From assembly GCA_965113315.1 (NCBI GenBank), contig OZ220374.1: a stretch of 64,000 nucleotides of DNA. One strand, 5' to 3'. The DNA is from Podarcis vaucheri (Eukaryota). The notes under the pieces were generated by a model. It did no database searches. It saw nothing but the letters and a program-made list of their open reading frames with translations, and had not been told where the DNA came from. How positions within the stretch are numbered: the first letter of the stretch is position 1; the number at the start of each line of letters is the position of its first letter. The translations under genes and the position numbers were made by a program. Shown here piece by piece: positions 61,401 through 64,000 of this stretch.

Positions 61401-63892
61401 CCCTTGCCTCTTCAAGTCCGTATGAAATATTCCCCATGGATAGGCAAGGCCACCTGAAGGTGCTGGGCAGTGCAAGGGGCAGGATAGGGAAAGGTGAATT
61501 GGACAGACTACATATCTAGCCGCTTAGAAGTTGCAAAAGGTTGGTTTGGTATTTAAACTGTGGAGATCTCGCCCCTCTTGTGTTTTAGGCATGAGCCTGA
61601 GGGATAGCAGTCCCGGCATGGCGCTTTAAAGCTGAATGGTGGATTACAGTGAATAGCAGCCTCCCTGATAGAAGCAGGCAGGCTGGCTGAGATTATTTTC
61701 TGGGCAAGGCGATGTTCATTGTGAGAGACAGTGTCACACAATGTGATTGTGCAGTCATGAACATGGTTCCGTTTAGTCTTATTGAATCCATACAGATTGC
61801 AAACCCCCTAATCAAATTAAGCAGAACAGGAGGGGGAGAGCTATCCTTTGTCCATATGTATTTTCGGAGAATTTCATAATATGTAGCTTGTAGATGCCAT
61901 AAGCAATATGGGGCACAATGTCTGATTCAGGTCCCACCTGAGGGACTGGGAATTGGGGGAGACTGAAGCAAAATCTCTGCTTTCAGTGGGTCTTTCGCCA
62001 GACAATTCTAGCTTTCTGTGTGTTCTAAATATGTGCTAGTCTAAAACGGTGGGTGCAAAGTACAGTTAAGGAATCTAGACTATTAAAATTTAGAAATTGC
62101 ATATGAAAAACTGTATAAGATGGAGTAAATGAATGTCACCACCTAATTATGTCGTATTCACTGATACGGGTGCCATTACTGGTCTCCTCCCCCTCTGCCA
62201 GTCATTACCAGCTCTTTGCATGCTTCAGTTTATATGAATGGTAACCTGGAAGCCGCAGAGGCAGTGGGAAAACATTAGAGGTCTCTATTGTTAAGCAGAG
62301 CAGACAGTAATTAGATTGCACCTTAGTGCTTGCTGTTTACATCTTAAGTTTAAAGGGGAAAGTGGGAATAAATGTTCCCTAATGTCATTGACGGGAGATT
62401 TTCCTGCAGCTACAAACCACTGCACCAGACATATTGATTAATCTGTGGTGTACCATTTATTTATGCTAAACATCTGATGTTTGCTTCTGCAATCTGGTCT
62501 TTCAAAGTCATGATAATATTCAAAACGTTGGCATCACCCACGTGGTTTTAAAGCCACAAGCCAGCCAGGCTACTTAGTTTATCTTGCTCTCTGCAGTTTG
62601 CACAGCCAACACGGCATGCACCATTTGTGGTATGAGCACGGATTCTTGATTTTAAAAAAGAAACCCACACCAACCCATTCCCAAACTGGGGGGGGGGTAT
62701 GCAAACATGGTGCTTGATTGCATTGGTGGATGTTACATGTTATAGGAAAGGTTTGTGGGTCTTTCTGCATTTTCAGCGTGTTGATCACATGGGAGTATGT
62801 ATAATCTGGGGAATTTGCACTGGGAGTATCGATTATCCAAGGGTCCCAATGTGTCTTTTGTATATTTACGTATACATGCACTGCCCTCCTTACATCTGAG
62901 AACTCTTCTGGTTTGAAGAGCAGGATAAAAATGTACCAAATAAATAAATAAGCATTAATCAAAAGATTTAGGTGATGTGCAAATGTAAAAACAGGGATAC
63001 GCTCTAAAGAAATTTGAAGCTATTTGTTGCATTTTCTAAACTGGGAAGCATTTGCTTTCAGCACAGAAACGTGTGTGTGCAAACTGCGTCCACCTCACTG
63101 AAAGTCTTCATGTACGTACCTGGGGGATAGGAATGCATAGATTGGGACTGGGTGACCGCCACACATTCATCCAAAGCTGTGGCAGAGCCCTTGAATGTTA
63201 CACATGCATCTCTCTTGAGATATTATGTATGTGCTCTGCTCCCAGTCCTGGGATGAATTTATTGTTTAGATGGGGTATTGCTGGAGGGTTGGTCCAAGCA
63301 GTTTGGCACCTCTGCCTCGCCACTGCCTGTTGCTGACCTAAGCCATTCACTGAGGCTTGCTCAGGTGATGGTGCTCCAAAGTATTGCCAAGATGCAATAC
63401 ATTTGCAGTGGAGGTGCTCATCTTTAGAGCATGGGACCTCTTTGCACTTACACACTGTCTTTTTATCTCCACTAGACGATTCAGTGTACTTGATACCCAC
63501 AAGTTTTACTGGCTCTGTGACTTGCGTGTATATAGAATGGTGACTTATGGCATGAATTACTCTTATTTTTCTCTGTGTATTTTCCCTCAAGAGGTGTGTG
63601 GGTGTGTGAATGAGGCAGTGGAGACAGAGACTGGGCTAGCTAAAAGTCAAAAGTCTACCATGGTGGTGCTTAAAAGTTGTCCTTGGCATTTAAATATTTG
63701 AAGGCAAAGTAGGAAGAAATTGGTACATTGACCCCAAGAAGAATGATGGGTGAATTGCACAGACTTGACTATTTGAACTGTAAATGGTTGAAGGAGGATA
63801 ATGCAAGCCTTTGAGTTTCATTTTTGGCCTTCTTTGTAGGACAGAATGGAAAGGCAGTAGAATCCCAGGTGTGTGTGTCTACCCCTGTAGAA

Positions 63893-64000
63893 CAGGGCTG
63901 CGAAACCTGTAGCCCTCCAGACATTGATGGACTACGGGTTCAACCAGTATGACCAATGGTTGAGGATGATGGGAGTTGTAGTCCAACTACATCTGCAGGT
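63893..64000. mobile_element. hAT MITE cut by the window end
   Basis: cagggctgcgaaacctg..gccctccaga...gatgatgggagttgtagtcc, same family as 16829. Confidence 0.75.

Larger units (their letters stand above)
52406..64000 (+). other. ADARB2: Proximal part of ADARB2 intron 1
   Basis: Starts at the GTAAGC donor. No exon-2-like sequence (DKVSILSTFLAPFK...) is recognisable before the window ends. Confidence 0.8.

Noticed and set aside
1-64000. CRISPR array, operon, rRNA or other prokaryote-type system
   Set aside because: The DNA is vertebrate and has no regularly spaced repeat-spacer array or dense gene cluster.

Overview
Vertebrate genomic DNA, almost certainly squamate and probably a lacertid lizard, judging from Sauria SINEs, a tRNA/CR1-tail SINE, BovB and (TTA)n-tailed L2 copies. 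The only protein-coding feature I can support is the 100-nt first coding exon of ADARB2 (ADAR3), at 52306-52405 on the + strand. It encodes the arginine-rich R-domain N-terminus and lies in a CpG island (~51170-52730). The first ~51 kb is upstream intergenic DNA dense in often nested transposon fragments (L2, L1, RTE/BovB, CR1, SINEs, hAT, Tc1-mariner and Harbinger-like MITEs, three solo LTRs) separated by TE-free candidate enhancer blocks. The last ~11.6 kb is proximal intron 1 and has almost no young TEs. The other ORFs in the track are TE remnants or chance. I found no convincing new system. The best leads are alternative processing around ADARB2 exon 1, a locally duplicated enhancer-like block, a perfect intronic hairpin and a composite element carrying inverted L2 tails. 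TE family names come from recognition, not from a database search.
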